63,995 nucleotides of DNA, filler included, from Basidioascus undulatus (GCA_000826855.1; 10 parts of 10 records of this genome joined end to end with filler, not necessarily neighbours in it); one strand, 5' to 3'. Numbered from the whole stretch's first letter, positions 1 through 12,935 are shown. The notes: generated by a model not told the origin, from the letters alone. A program made the numbers and translations.

Positions 1-388
1 TCGTACGGCATCGCGACGCTCATCCAGACCGTGCTGGTGGTCAAGTACGTCGTCCCCGACTACCCGAGCCAGTACGTCTCGTACGGCATCGCGACGCTCA
101 TCCAGAACGTGGGGATCATGCTTTCGTACGTCGTCCATCTCCTCTCCCCCTCTTCCCTCTTTCCACTCCCCTGCTTTCCGTCTCCTCTCTTCCCACTCTC
201 TCCGTCTTCCCGCATCCCTCTTTTTCCCTCTCCCTCTTTCCTCCACTTCCTTGTCCTTTTCCCCATCCTCTTCCCCTCCCTCTTCTCGACTGACAGCTGT
301 GTGGGTGCTTGGGGGCTGCAGCGCGATCGTCCTCTGGATATCCGTCCAAGCTGATGATGACGAGTATGAGTACCGGCTCACGCTGTAG
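1..388 (+). CDS. 3' end of a hypothetical membrane protein gene (partial)
   Basis: Open frame SYGIATLIQTVLVVKYVVPDYPSQYVSYGIATLIQNVGIML, a GTACGT..CTGAC..GCAG intron (126-321), then SAIVLWISVQADDDEYEYRLTL-TAG. Hydrophobic segments and GC-rich codon usage. Confidence 0.55.
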   Translation, partial: RTASRRSSRPCWWSSTSSPTTRASTSRTASRRSSRTWGSCFRTSSISSPPLPSFHSPAFRLLSSHSLRLPASLFFPLPLSSTSLSFSPSSSPPSSRLTAVWVLGGCSAIVLWISVQADDDEYEYRLTL

Positions 389-829
389 GCGACCTGGACC
401 TGTGGGGGCTGGTGCTCAGGGAGCGAGGGCGAGAAAGGGGAGAGGGCCAGGGGGACGGAGGTTGGGATGGAGATGGAGATCGGCGCTTGGGTTATGGTTG
501 AGATGCAGAGCGAGACGATGCCCTGCCTTTTTTAGCTTTTGCACGCCCGCTGGGGTGGGCTGGCACATGTGGATCGGTGAGGAGGCTGTGGGAACGACCG
601 TCGTGGACGAGCGGATTCGAACCTTTGCTCGCCCGCGGCTCCTTGGATACACACATCATGTAGCTTTGGCCTTTGGGTGGTTGGGCGGGAAGAAGCGCGG
701 TGCGTCCACTCACGCCCTTGAACCTTCCATTCTCGCTGTGTTTCTCACCGCCCCCCACCCCCATTCGCCTCTTCAGGCCTCCTTCTCCTCACATCTCGTC
801 CCCGACGTCTTCAGCCACGACAACAGGCA

Positions 830-2344
830 CTAACAGTTCCGAACCGTCACACCCTCCGCCAGTCTACTGCTGGATCGACACCACACGTCCATGCGCTTCG
901 GCTCGTCGATCAAATCTCGGCCTGTCTGCTCCGTGCGGATCGATCGCACTTGCTCGACGCTTTCGATCGTTCTCGAGCACTCGCGCTCGTGCGTCCCCTC
1001 GCACCCTCCGCGTGTTCGAGGGTGCTCGGCTTTGGCTCCTGATGCTTAGGCGGCACTAAAGGGGCATTACGAACTAGGCTCTCGCTGTCGAATGACAATG
1101 ACCGACGCCGTGTGTAGGACTCGGAGCAGCGCAGTTGAAGGGCATCCTTGCGTTGAAATACTTCTGTACCTCGGGAACGTAAAATCTTTATCCTCTCTCA
1201 TGCACGGAGCCAAGTGAGGTTCTGCGGCTTAGATGAACCTGAACGAAGGAAGAGCAGAAACATCGAGGCTGTCGATGAGGTTCCCCATGGCTAACTCTTG
1301 GTCCACGCTGTAAAGGTGACCCAGCCGGACAGCGATGGTTTCCGGGATCGGATGCGAAAGTTGAGCATAGTACTCCGGCTGGACGTCATCGGAGAGTTGA
1401 AATCCCCGCAACGAAGGACAAACTGTTGCGAGATCGGGCAGTCGGTTTTGGGTCGTTTTAGCGAGGGTCAACACCACCAACGAGCCCCCAAGCCGCACAG
1501 GGCGCGACCGAGAACAGCGCTTGAGCCGCCGCGGGCGGCCAGCTCGAGATGCCCAAGAACCCGCATCGTCGACCGCGACAGGATCGTGAGCAAGTCGTCG
1601 CAAGTGTGGCACTCGCTTTGAAGTGCAAAAAACGCGGAACGAGCGTAGTTCCGGAAGAACGAGTGAGCTTTGGCAATCGTCGACAGCGCCCGAGTTATCT
1701 GGGATGTGGTGGAACGTCAAGACTAGGTCCGACAGGTTTTCGAAATGGCTGATGAGCGGCGCAGCTTGGTTGGCAGGATCGACAGCCCAATGTCGAGTCC
1801 GCGGAGGGACGAGGCGAAAGGAGACCGAGGGAGACGGGCGAGCTCCTCGGAGCTGAGATAGAAATTTGGGTCCAGGCGAAGGCTTTCGAGTCCTGTGAGG
1901 TGCGATGCGATCGAAAGATGTCCAGCTTGGTCGGTTGGGGGGGAGCCAGTTACAGTCGAAGTCGACTTCAAGAAGGCGAACATACCGGCCAGGGTGATCG
2001 CCCCGTTCCGCGGCGTGGACCAGATGCCCCGCGAAAAGTCCGCGATTGTTGTACTCAGCGATGGAGCAGAGGGGCAGCAATGGACTGTAAGCGCGAAGCT
2101 CGTCAGTAGCGCAGACGTTGCAAGGTTGACAAGGCGTAAGGATACGCATATTCCAGCGCCTGTTCACCAAGCAGAGCTGGTGGGAGGGATGATCCGAGCT
2201 AGGCGCTACCCTGTCGGCAGTGACCAACCCGAGAATGCGAGCGAGGACTTCAGTGGGAAGTCGAACGGTGGGGTCCTGGGGAGGAAGAGGTGTCAGTGGA
2301 GTCTGCGCTCAAGACCCGCGCTCCCTACGATCAGAATTCACCAT
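830..2344 (-). CDS. F-box-like domain protein with LRR-like C-terminal region; 3' end uncertain
   Basis: ATG at 2344 is followed directly by a 66-nt GTGAAT..CTGAC..CCAG intron, giving M|DPTVRLPTEVLARILGLV...HQLCLVNRRWN (fungal F-box-like signature). It continues in the 332-aa ORF 1229..2227. Confidence 0.55.
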
Positions 2345-2467
2345 GGCTGCAGGTTTAGCCAACGTGATGGGAGTATGTATGTAGGAGCAAGAAGCGTGGA
2401 GCGCACTGAAGGAGAGGTAGCCGGCAGCTACAGCTCGATTGACCTGAAATCTCGTCATCACCGCTGC

Positions 2468-3362
2468 TTATCTCCTCGACGCTAGCCAACTTCTAATCAT
2501 GCCTGCTTTTCGATCGCTCATTTCCGTTCGATCGAGTCTTTTGCGGCCGCGCATCTCTCTATCGAGCGCGACGCGTTTCTGCGCTTCGTCGCGGTCACCT
2601 ACTTCGAGGTCAAAGTCGGCTGGGCAGCCCTCACCCCGAAGCAATGCACACCCGTCCCACGAATCGACGAACTGCATGAGCCTGAACCCCCAGTAAGCCG
2701 ATAATCCATCTTGGATTACTTCGCGTCGCGTCTACTCAAGACTGGAGTGCATGTACCGCAGGAAACTAAGCGCTTCCTCGCCATCCACTCGAGCGCCGCA
2801 AACTGCGGGGTCGACAGGAGACAGAGTACTCTCAAACACTGTCCGTCTCCTTTTCACTGTACATCTTTGGTAGATTAAGTCTGATTTAAGTGTACCGCGA
2901 CACTCCTGAGCAACAGAAAGAGGGCAAGCCCCGTGCACCGCTCTCACGGGGCTTTACCCCGGTAAGTCGTGGTGCCTTGGCTTCTTTGAAGAAACCAAGT
3001 TTAGTATCAATCGATTGTAATATATCGTCCCGTGTCATCCTTGGAAAGATCCCAAAGCGTGGCTCTCAGCGCACTGTTGGGAGGCGCAAGGCTGGAAGCC
3101 TGAATGGATTTCTGTGCTTGCGCAAGCATCGGATCGGGAGGCCACTCCGTCCATGTGGCAACGGCTCCTGTGGAGGTGCTGCAGGACCTTGCCATTGGAC
3201 TGCTGCACGGGGACATGAAGCTTGTTCATTCAAAGGCGCGGAAACCATAGATGCGAAACGAGCCAATTTGTATCTCGCCGCGCAGAGTGAGACGTGTGCG
3301 GGGCCAGTTTCAAGATCGACCACGATCCACTTTGTTCTGTCCGCGCCTGCGCCAGCCGTCAC
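2468..3362 (-). pseudogene. Degenerate coding remnant, possibly kinase-like
   Basis: ORFs 2732..2947 and 2468..2677 share a frame and are split by one TAG at 2732-2734. An upstream fragment carries KWIVVDLE. Confidence 0.25.
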
Positions 3363-3977
3363 AGTATATGATTGACCGTCAGGCTTGAGAGATTTGGGAA
3401 AGGCAGGGCGGCAACCGAGAACAGGCGGTGGGTATTGTCCAGGGTGTCACGCCACGCAGCCTGCTGTTGCATGTCGCTGGCCGCATCTCACTTGCTCAAC
3501 CCAGCCATGACACGGAAGGCCAGTGTGTGAGCGATTGGGTAACACGTAAAACTTCTTCATAGAACGAGCCAACACTTGCGAGCATTACTTGTCGTGCTTC
3601 ACCAGCATCGCACCTCCCTCCACTACACGCACACGCAAATGCCCAACTCTCATCCCAAGTACTCAAACAAAATCAACATATTCAATCTCAATCTCAATCC
3701 CACTCTCAATCTCAATCGCAGCGTCCCACCATAAGCGCCAGGCGCAGGTACAATTACAAGCAGACAGACAAGCATAACATCGAGCCTCGAGCAAAAACAA
3801 ATCGCGAAACTATCAAAACGAGCGGTGGTGGGCGCGAGAGGAATAGGTGATCAACAAACTGGGAACGAAGACGAAGCGAGGTAAGTAGAGAGCGACAGCG
3901 AGTCAAGAATCGAGTCCGTGTCACGAGCGAGGGAAAGTGTCAGAACGAAAGAAACTAAAGAAAGCAAATAAAGCGAA

Positions 3978-4292
3978 TCAGACGACCATCTCTCCTCCCG
4001 CCCTGCCGCGGACGAGCTCGTCCACGCTGGGGAGCACGCGCTCGCCCACAAGCTCCTGCACGCCGGGGAGGCTCTCGCCCGCTCCTGCGGACTTCTCGCC
4101 GGCGGCGGCGCGCTCTTTTGCGAGCCACGCGGTGTTGAGCGCCCAGATCATCTGCCGGATGACCTCAACGTTGCGGCGGCGCTTTTCGTCGTCGGTGAGC
4201 GGGGCGGGGGCCGGTTGGGAGGATGGGGAGGGCGAAGAGGTGGAAGGAGGGGAGGATGGGGGTTATTATTGGAGTGGATTGGGTGGATGGAT
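3978..4292 (-). CDS. C-terminus of hypothetical protein (cut by contig end)
   Basis: Reads PAPAPLTDDEKRRRNVEVIRQMIWALNTAWLAKE...RAGGEMVV-TGA with strongly GC-biased third positions. Confidence 0.55.
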
Positions 4293-4392
4293 NNNNNNNN
4301 NNNNNNNNNNNNNNNNNNNNNNNNNNNNNNNNNNNNTTAATTAATTAANNNNNNNNNNNNNNNNNNNNNNNNNNNNNNNNNNNNNNNNNNNN
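4293..4392. other. Artificial contig linker
   Basis: N44-TTAATTAATTAA-N44, with stops in all six frames. Confidence 0.99.
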
Positions 4393-4518
4393 GGGCGCGG
4401 CGCCGTCGGTGAAGGGCGGGGTGGGCGGCGAGGCCGACATGGGCTTGTGCGGCTGCTGCTGCTGCTGGTACTGCTGCTGATGGTACTGCTGCTGCGTCGG
4501 GTCAAACGACGATGTCAT
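4393..4518 (-). CDS. Gln-rich N-terminus of unknown protein (partial)
   Basis: MTSSFDPTQQQYHQQQYQQQQQPHKPMSASPPTPPFTDGAAP runs off the contig. Confidence 0.5.
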
Positions 4519-5148
4519 TGTCAACGACAACGGCGAGGGCGCGGATCGGGATGGGTGCGAGAGCGGGTCGGGCGACGCGTCGGAGATAAGAGACGCGTGC
4601 GGGCGAGCGCAAGGGGCGGGGGTCGCGTCAAACGGCCGGCGTCGTAATGCGGGTGCGGGTGACACTATAAAAAAATATAGGAATTCGGGGCGATATCGAC
4701 GCGTCGAAGGGGGTGGCGGCGCGGAGTCACAGAGTGAGCGAGGCCGAACACGAAGTATAGTGTCGGGCGAAAGCGATGCAATAGTAATCGACACGAGCCT
4801 AATAATGGCGACGTGAACGAGTCCAAGAGGTGGGAAATCGGTTCGGCACTCGACTTCGCACGATGGCCCTTTATCTTGCGCGCGTCAGCCCGGTCCGCCT
4901 TTTTTTCACGTTTCGTCTCCGTTCTCGCAGCACACCTCGCACTCGACTTTCGCTTAGAACGCGATCACACACTCCCCAACCTCGATATCAAATGCTACAA
5001 AAATACACACGGAATATACATTGGAAGAAACAGGAAAAAAGCCGGATATGAAGGTTTGCGATCCGCATGCGCATCCGCGGATGGCGACCGCGGATAATCA
5101 CACACGTCACCGGCTGCGTTATGTCACATGGAATCCCGCTGCCACGCC

Positions 5149-7821
5149 TCACTGCTTGGACGACTCGCCCGCGTTATCGTCTTCCTCGACCTCGCGGAAG
5201 ACGGGCTTGGGCTGGTTCTTCTTCCAAGCTGTACAACGATAACCACACACAAATCTCGTCAGCCATGTCCTCGCGAGCTGTGTGCTGGTGTGGACGCGTT
5301 TCCGGAAAAGACGCGAAGGCCTGCGCGGCGGCGCCCGCGGGGACGCAAGTCGACGCGAGCGGTGCCCGTGCGGGTGGAGCGGGAAAAGGGCGCAGAAAAT
5401 TTTGAGCTTTGTAGCAAAAACTCACCTGCAGTCCACTTGGGATCGTCGTCGGCGTTCGCGTACTTGAGGAGTTCCTCTCGGGGCTGCAAAAACAAACATC
5501 ACTCAGCGGCTGCGTCCCCTGCCAGAGCAGAAGCAATGGAAGGGGGGCAAAAGGGGGGGTGGGGGGACTCACGTCCTGCTCGCGCGTATTGTCCCTAAAC
5601 AGCCTTTGCACGACGTACTGCGTCGCACTCGCGCCGACGCGTCCGCCCTTTCCGGGGCCAGCAAGGGGCGGGACGGGCTTGCGTGCCTCGCTCTCCTCCT
5701 TTGTGCGCTTGCGCTTCTCGCCCGCGCGCTGCTCATCGCGGAACATGGGGAGCGCGTGCGGCGTGATGATCGGCTGGTGCAGGTCCCGGTCCGGGTCCGT
5801 CGCTGCCAGGATGTCCTCGATGTCGCGCCGCGCCTTGGGCGCCTTGGACAGCGGGAGAAGCGCCCCGCGCAGGGACGTCTGCGGCGAGTAGAGCACGTGC
5901 ATCGAGCCCAGGTTGGTGGTCGCGATGATCTGCCCCCCAATCACCCTCATCTTAGCTACTGTTCTAACTAACTAAAGCGAGAAAGACGAGTCGCACCTGG
6001 TTGATCCGCGAGTGCCACAGCACCTTGATGACGCTGCCCCCTCCCTGGGGGCCGACCTCGAACCTGCGCGCCTCGGCAAGGCCCTCGCGCTCGAGCGCGA
6101 CGACCGTCGGGCGGCCCTGCCCGCGCGGGCTCGCGACGCCCGTGAGCACGTACTTGCCGTCCGGCGAGAGCGTCACGTTCGTCTCCTGGTACAGTTTCGG
6201 CAGGCCCTGCGCGACCGCGAGCGGCTTCCGGAAGTTGCGGACGTCCCAGGCTGGATGCGCCGCGAGTACATTAGCCGGTTTCTCGGGGGCGGAGAGGTGG
6301 GGGAAAGGAGGGAGGGTGCGCTCACTCTTCACCGTGTCGTCGCCACCGCGCGAGATGAGCTGCCGCCCGTCGAGGCTGTACACGACGCTGCTCGTCCACG
6401 TGTTCTTCGTGTGCGCGCCCTCGATCGTCGCGTTCGGGCGGGAGAACGAGCCACTAGTGGACCAGATGTGGAGCGTGCCGTCCAGCCCAGCTACAAGACC
6501 CTCGCTTGTCAGCCCCTCGCTTTCCTTAATCTCCTCGCGATACACAGCCAACGTACCAGCAGCGATCTGGCCTCCGTCGCCGTTGTACGCGCACGCAGTG
6601 ACCTTCGTGCGCGTCCCGCGCTCTTTGGACTTGACGACGACGACCGTCTTCTGCTCGCGCTTGTTGTTGACGTCCCATATCCTGCAATACCATCACACCG
6701 CGCTGTACCTGTTAATCAGTGCTCAAACCTCGCGCAGGAGCGAGCATCAAGAAGGGACATACCGGACGGTGCTGTCCGCCGCGGAGGTGATGAACGTGTT
6801 GTGGTCCTTCGGGTGCCACGCGCCGGCCGAGAGCTCCGCGACGTGGCCCCTGGATTCCGCTCGTCGTTAGTTGCGGTTTCTTCGAAGGAAGGAGCAGGGA
6901 AAGACGGAAGTGAAACGCACTTGGTGTGCTTCATATCCCGCAGGTACATATCGCCGCGCACGAACTCGGCGATCTCCTGCCCATCGCGGTCGAACAGCTT
7001 GGCCTGGACGGATCCAGGAACGACGAGGAACGAGTCGCCCGTGAGCGAGTAGTGCAGGTCGTGGATCTGCACCTCACCCCACATCAGCTACCACACCACG
7101 CCAAGGGAAGTTTTGGGAGGAGGAGGAGGCGAACGCACATGGTACGACCCCGCGGCCTCCCAGCTCTTGAACGGCCGGAAGCCCGTGTCCATCCCCCCAA
7201 AGTCCCACAGCTTCACGTCGTAGTCGTGCGAGCCCGAGACGAGGCGCGCGCCCGCGGGGTCAAGCGCGAGGGCCGACACTGGCTGCCAGTGCCCCCCGCC
7301 ACCGTCAGCGTCAGATCCCTGCCTCTTCATTCGATTCAAAGAAGGAGCAGCATACCTTCGTATGGTCCTTCAGCATTACCTCGTGCGAGACAGGGAACGG
7401 ATCGCGCTCCGTCTCCGGCTCGAGGGCATCCTCGTCCTCGTCCTCCTCGTCTTCGCCCGCCTCCTTCGCTGCCCCACCAGCTTCCTCCCCAGGCCACTCC
7501 GGCTCCGCAGCCACAGCCGCGGGCTGCCCATCTCCCCCCTCCGGCGCCGGCGGTGGCGCAGCGGGTCCCTTGGCGACTCGGGGCTTGCCATCTTCCACGG
7601 CAGGCGGGGGCGGGGTGGGGGTACTCTGTTCCGGTATCACTGAGTAGTCAGAAGGAACGACCTAGAGAGAATGGGTGACTGGGAAGGGAAGAAGAAGAAG
7701 CAAGGCGCACCTCCTCCTCCCGCCGAGTCTTGTCCAGCCGCTGAGCGACCGCCGCTTGCCGGACAACCTTCTTCTTGCCGAACCCGCCGAAGCCCATCAG
7801 CGCGGCCATCTCGTCGTCCAT
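5149..7821 (-). CDS. WDR70: WD40 repeat protein WDR70/Gad1-like, multi-exon
   Basis: MDDEMAALMGFGGFGKKK, FPVSHEVMLKDHTK, LVSGSHDYDVKLWDFGGMD, RGDMYLRDMKHTK, SRGGDDTVK, HALPMFRD, GPGKGGRVG, PREELLKYA. Confidence 0.93.
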
Positions 7822-8633
7822 AATGGCGATCCGTTATATCGAGGTGCGAGTTCAGAACAGTGAGGCGGTGGGGAGAGGAGGAAGGGTGAATGATGAGTGG
7901 GCGCAGGACTGTTTGGGACGAGGGTGGACGGGCAGATGGGCGGTTGATTGCCGCTTCGAGGAGGGCGTGCCGAGTCTGCGCGAGGCCGCGGATGGTCCGT
8001 CGTGAACAGTCGACTTTCAACAGGCTATGCTGAACAGTCCGGTATGAAGCTGTCTTCAAACAGAAAAAACGAGGGGGTTGTAGTGCTACCTTTAGGAGGA
8101 ATCTCCTTCAATATTAATGCGCATGCAAGTGGAGAGAGTGCCGAATGCTCAAGAGTCGCTCAAGATCATCGCTTTCTTGTCCAGCGACATTGCCTGCCTT
8201 CTCGGGCGTCCTAATTGTAAAAGTTGTTCAACTCTCCATGCGTGTGGGAACACCTACCGGAAAATGGGCCAGGGAGAGGCGGTACAACGTTGCCTCGGTA
8301 GAGGGAACCCTCTGTGAATCGCCAAGCGGCAGAACGTGTTGAAAGACACGGCAGCGCAGGGAGGACGATTCCTCATGGCTGTTAATTTCGGGTTTCCGCA
8401 AGTTCATCCTCCCCAACCCGCTCGTCTTCTACCCGGCGCCCATGGCGGCCCTCCACCCCGGTCCGGAGCAGGACCGTGGCCGTCTCTAGTTCCAACCCCT
8501 TCTCACCCTTCCCTTCAGCCACCCGCGCCCGAGCCGGCCTCAACCCTAGATCCAGCACGACCCCGACTCCCCATTTACACAAATCCCACTCCCTCCAATC
8601 CCTCTCCCCTCTCTCCAAATCCGCCTTCCCCCC

Positions 8634-8733
8634 NNNNNNNNNNNNNNNNNNNNNNNNNNNNNNNNNNNNNNNNNNNNTTAATTAATTAANNNNNNNNNNN
8701 NNNNNNNNNNNNNNNNNNNNNNNNNNNNNNNNN
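8634..8733. other. Artificial contig linker
   Basis: N44-TTAATTAATTAA-N44. Confidence 0.99.
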
Positions 8734-9708
8734 AGCAGGCGCGCGTCTCTCGGCGGCTGAGCGCGACGACGGCGGGGATGGCGATGACGACGACGATGAT
8801 GGCGGTAGAGAACCAAGGAGAAAACGCACCGTCTGAGTACTGGCTGTGCAGGCGGCGGAGAAGAGGCCTACCACGACGCTAGGGCGACGGGTGACGGCGC
8901 GAAAAGGTCGGAAGCTCGGGAGGAGGGCCGGGCGACGAGGACGACGGGGGATGCGTTTCAGGTCAGTCGCGCTGCTCCTTGCTTTCATTACCGTTTGTTT
9001 CAGCATCTCTACCTCCTTTGTTCATTACTTTTTTTGCGCGATAACGCCCTTGTCATCACCATGAAAGCCAATGGAAACTCACTGTTTGGGCTCTTTCTCG
9101 TATAAGCCACAGTACACGCTACATTTCATTCTAACTTGTGCGAACCTTGTCCTAATCAGCCGTATCTACTGCTTGAAAACAGCCTTTTTCTGTATCAGCA
9201 GTAAGGATTTATCACCTTCAAGGCAGTGCAACACGTGTATAGGCATAGCGACGCCTCCGCACAAGGTTCAGTCGCGGCGAACGTCTTTGCCAACTTTGCT
9301 CGCGAACCCTCCGGAAGAGGTGCAAGCCACCACTTCAAGTCTTCGAGTCCCTGTCGAGCTCCTCTTCGAAGCGATAGCCGATAAGCGCCTTATCAGGACC
9401 GGTAGTGACTATTACAGTATCAAGGTTGGACTCGACAAGCAGGGATAAATTATCGGCTGCGACGAAGCTGTGACTGTTTACGGAGGCAGATCAGGCGGAA
9501 GCCGCAGCACCGGTATGCAACATCCGTGGCGGAGCTGAGGCGTCTCTGGGTTGACATCCTGTTATTGTGTCCAATGTTCCATATAGGTAATACTTCACAG
9601 AAATCTCATGAAGGTGGGGGGAGAAGGTGAGGAAAGATCGCAGACAAACTGGGCTGCCTACTCTTCTCTATCACAAGTAGATGGGTACATCTTGAGATGA
9701 ATGTCAAT

Positions 9709-9781
9709 GGCTGCTTAACTCAGTTGGTAGAGTGTTTGCTTAACACGCAAAATGTCGCAGGATCGAGCCCTGCAGTGGTCA
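9709..9781 (+). tRNA. tRNA-Val(AAC), intronless, atypical T-loop
   Basis: Cloverleaf GGCTGCT/AGTGGTC, D arm ACTC/GAGT, anticodon arm TTTGC-TTAACAC-GCAAA, T arm GCAGG-ATCGAGC-CCTGC, discriminator A, TTTT run downstream. Confidence 0.85.
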
Positions 9782-10673
9782 TTCATTCTCTTGTTTTGCT
9801 TCCCTTCCATCCGCTGCTCCAGCTCCTTCCACTTCCAAGGCATTTGTCATTTTGCGCAGAGGCAGCATGGGGTCATCCTGTCCCGTGTTCAGAGTGCATG
9901 AAGGAGCGGCGGAGATCGCTGGTCGCTGCTTCGAGGGCCGGTGTTCTTGCGTACACCTTGATTAGACTTGGGTGCAAGGACATCATGAAAGCTTCCCCTC
10001 ATTTGTATCCTCGCAGAATCCGTGCCGTTGCGACGTTCAAGTTGTCCGTCGCAACTTAGAACTCGCCGATGCGCCTTCCGATTCATCGCCTTCTTCTTCC
10101 TAGCTAAGCTGTTAAACACGAACGTGGATCAACTTATTGCCCAATCAAGGTTGCCCGCCTAGCTATTCAGACATCTCTCTGTGGGCGGCCTGCCTTCACT
10201 TTGACAGCAGCGAGCGTGCAGTGCAGCTGATGTCTTGCTCGGAGCATGGCACGCCCAGGAAACGCCAGGGCGAGTTGATACTTTTGAAATGGTAATAGAG
10301 ACATGGCACGCGGGCATTAACAGCGCTGCGCAGTCGGCGTTGGCGTTTCTCTCGGCTGCGTCGCATTTCATCCCCGGGAGCGCAAGCCACGAGATCGAAT
10401 GAACCATGCAAATAACTCACTCTAAAATAGTATCTACAACCCTCTCTCTACAGCCCCACATCCCCATCCGAAGAATCAAGCAAGCATCTGCACCTCCCCA
10501 TCCCCCATTCTTTCCCTACCTTCCCCCTCTCCCATTGCTCACCCTCTCCCAAAAAGAAACCCCCAACAAAAATCCAAACCCAGGCTCTATCTCATCTCCA
10601 CCGCCTCTTCCCCTCTCCCGATGGGAGACCCCTCCCCCTTCCAAGAAAATCCCCAGCGACGGGACGGGCAGGC

Positions 10674-11949
10674 TCACCGCCCGAAAACCCGCGCCCGCAC
10701 AACCCCCGCCGCTGCGCCCGAAAGGCCTTTGATGCTCGCTGCGTAGCTGGGGGGTGGGTCCAGGGCGGCAGGAGCCGGCGCAGCTGCGGCGCTCTCAGTC
10801 GACGTCGCAGTAGCTGCGGTCGGCTCGCGCTCGAGCGGGGCGGGCTGGTAGGGTTCTGCTTGGCCGAACGCGATGGTGGAGCGGACGCCGGCTTCCCTGG
10901 TGGGGGTTGGGGGGGTGTCAGCTCTTTTCGGGCAGGGACTGAAGAAGGAAGGAGGCAAAGACGAAAGAGGGTAGGAGATGCAGAAGGAAGAAACTTTGAG
11001 GAAGACCCCCAACGCACCAAAGGGTCCACCCCACCTCCGCACACCACCGATGCAGCTCGTACTCCTTGTTGAGCCACAAGAGACGGTCGAGGAGCGCGCC
11101 GACGAGATCGAGCGCGCGCGCGCGGAGGTAGAAGCGCGCGTCGGCCTCGGCGGCAAAGTGGATGAGCGCGCGTAGGAGGGTGAGGGCGTAGTAGGGGAGC
11201 TGCGAGGCAGAGGGAACGTGAGTTTCGCATGCGAAGGAGAAAGGTGCAAGTGCTTGGTGGGAGAGACAAGGTGAAGGAGAAGGGGAAGGGGAAGGAAGCG
11301 GGGAGGAGAGGGGACGGACGGGCGAGGACTTCAGTGCGACAGCCGTACACACCGCCGCGTCTATCACGCGGTCCTGCCAGCGCTGCGTTGGGGACAGGGG
11401 CGGGAGCGTCTGCACGGGCGGCGTAGGCTGTGGAGGAAAAGGCTGAGGGAGGGGAATGATCCCCAGCCGGGTGAGGTGTGCCTCGAGGCGGGTGCGGAGG
11501 CTCGACTGCGCGGATGACGGGAGAGAGGTGGAGGGCAGGGCGGAGAGGAGGAAGTCGAGCGAGTGGATGAAGGCGTCCACTGTCGGGTTTCAAACGACAG
11601 TCAGCGCCAGGGAAAGGAAGATACGGCTAAGGGGGAAGGAGAAGGGGGCCAGAAGGGGAGACACACGCGCAAAGTCCCGATCCCCCTGCTCATCCGCGTC
11701 CTGCGCGTTCCTCGCCATCGCAACAGCGCTCTCGACATGCCGTTTGCTGAGCAGGGGGGTACTCAACGCTCGCTCCACCTCTGTCTGGGCCGTCGACCCT
11801 GGGCGGCGGAAGGGGAAAGAGGCAGAAAAGGAGTAGGGCCGAGCACGTTGGGGCGGTGCGGAACCCGATGGGGATGGCGGTGGTTCAGCAGAGGAGGAGG
11901 GGAAGGGGATCAAGCCGGGAGAGAGCGAGGAGGGGGCGGGGCGGTGCAT
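10674..11949 (-). CDS. Hypothetical protein, multi-exon, possible MIT-like helical region
   Basis: Spliced exons MHRPAPSS...AVAMARNAQDADEQGD | DAFIHSLDFLLSALP...WQDRVIDAAVCTAVALK | LPYYALTLLRAL...LNKEYELHR | ...ARVFGR-stop, with canonical introns. Confidence 0.7.
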
Positions 11950-12935
11950 CTTCGACGACCGGGTGGCGAGTACGAGGATGAGAAGGAAGAATGTGCGAGG
12001 AACGTGATGGATCGCGGTGGACGCTGGGCATGGACGTGGACTTGCAGCGGGAGAGAGAGCGGGACGGGCGGGACGAGACAAACGCAATTTCGGGGGAGGA
12101 AGACGGTTGCACGTGAAAGGCGGTTCGTCGCTGCGATAGCGATAGGAAGCGACGATAGTGTAGGTCGCATGAAGAGAAAGGCCTGTGAAAGTTCGCGTAA
12201 TTTTGTTGTATGCGGGAGTCGTGAGGGTCTGTAGCACAGCGAGGGCAGAGGGAGTCGCAGCCAGTTTCACCCACGACAGCCCTTACTGGACCAGACGCGG
12301 CACATATGGGGCGTTCGACTGTCCACCTTTGGGAATTTTGCATTATGGTAGCATTGCATAAGGCTTTTGAAACAGACTCGTGACGGCAGCGCCCAGTCCT
12401 AACAAAGCGGACGGTGCAGCGGCCAGTACAGCCTGGATGCAGTCAGGCCACACATCAGATTAACAGCGCTCGCGCCCACCTTTGCTCGATTTTCCCTAGA
12501 TATAGGCAAGTCATCACAGCACCCTACTGCCACATTATCGTGAGTAACTACAACGCAATTTACCTGCCACGGTGCGCGATCACAGAAGACCGAGCATCGG
12601 TCTGTTCCCTGGTCAATGCGGGAAAGCCTTTTACACAATGCTCCCACTTCAGACTCGTCTTATACTTTACCTTATTGACATTTCAGCTGCCAGCCGAACC
12701 TGCACTACGTCGTCTCTTTCTCTCCATCACGATCGTTCGTCTCAACCACATCTAGGCCTGCTTTGTAGCGGAGTACCTCTAGGTTCCCCCGGCAGTTTTC
12801 ACTTCCTGCACGCTTTCTCGTGCATTTTCTGAGGTCCGTTCCTCCCTCTAGATGTCCATCATTCCTTGCGAACCCGGCTTCGGCCAATCTCTGTTGCAAG
12901 GGTTCGTTTATTATTAAGTGTAACAGATCGCACAT

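Noticed and set aside
6001..7678. Long antisense ORFs over WDR70, and similar ones over SPB4, PDI1 and the RRM gene
   Set aside because: Expected shadow ORFs from high third-position GC, with no protein-like motifs.
9376..9459. Inverted repeat AGCCGATAA...TTATCGGCT as a MITE or structured ncRNA
   Set aside because: Only 9 bp, with no target-site duplication, second copy or snoRNA boxes.
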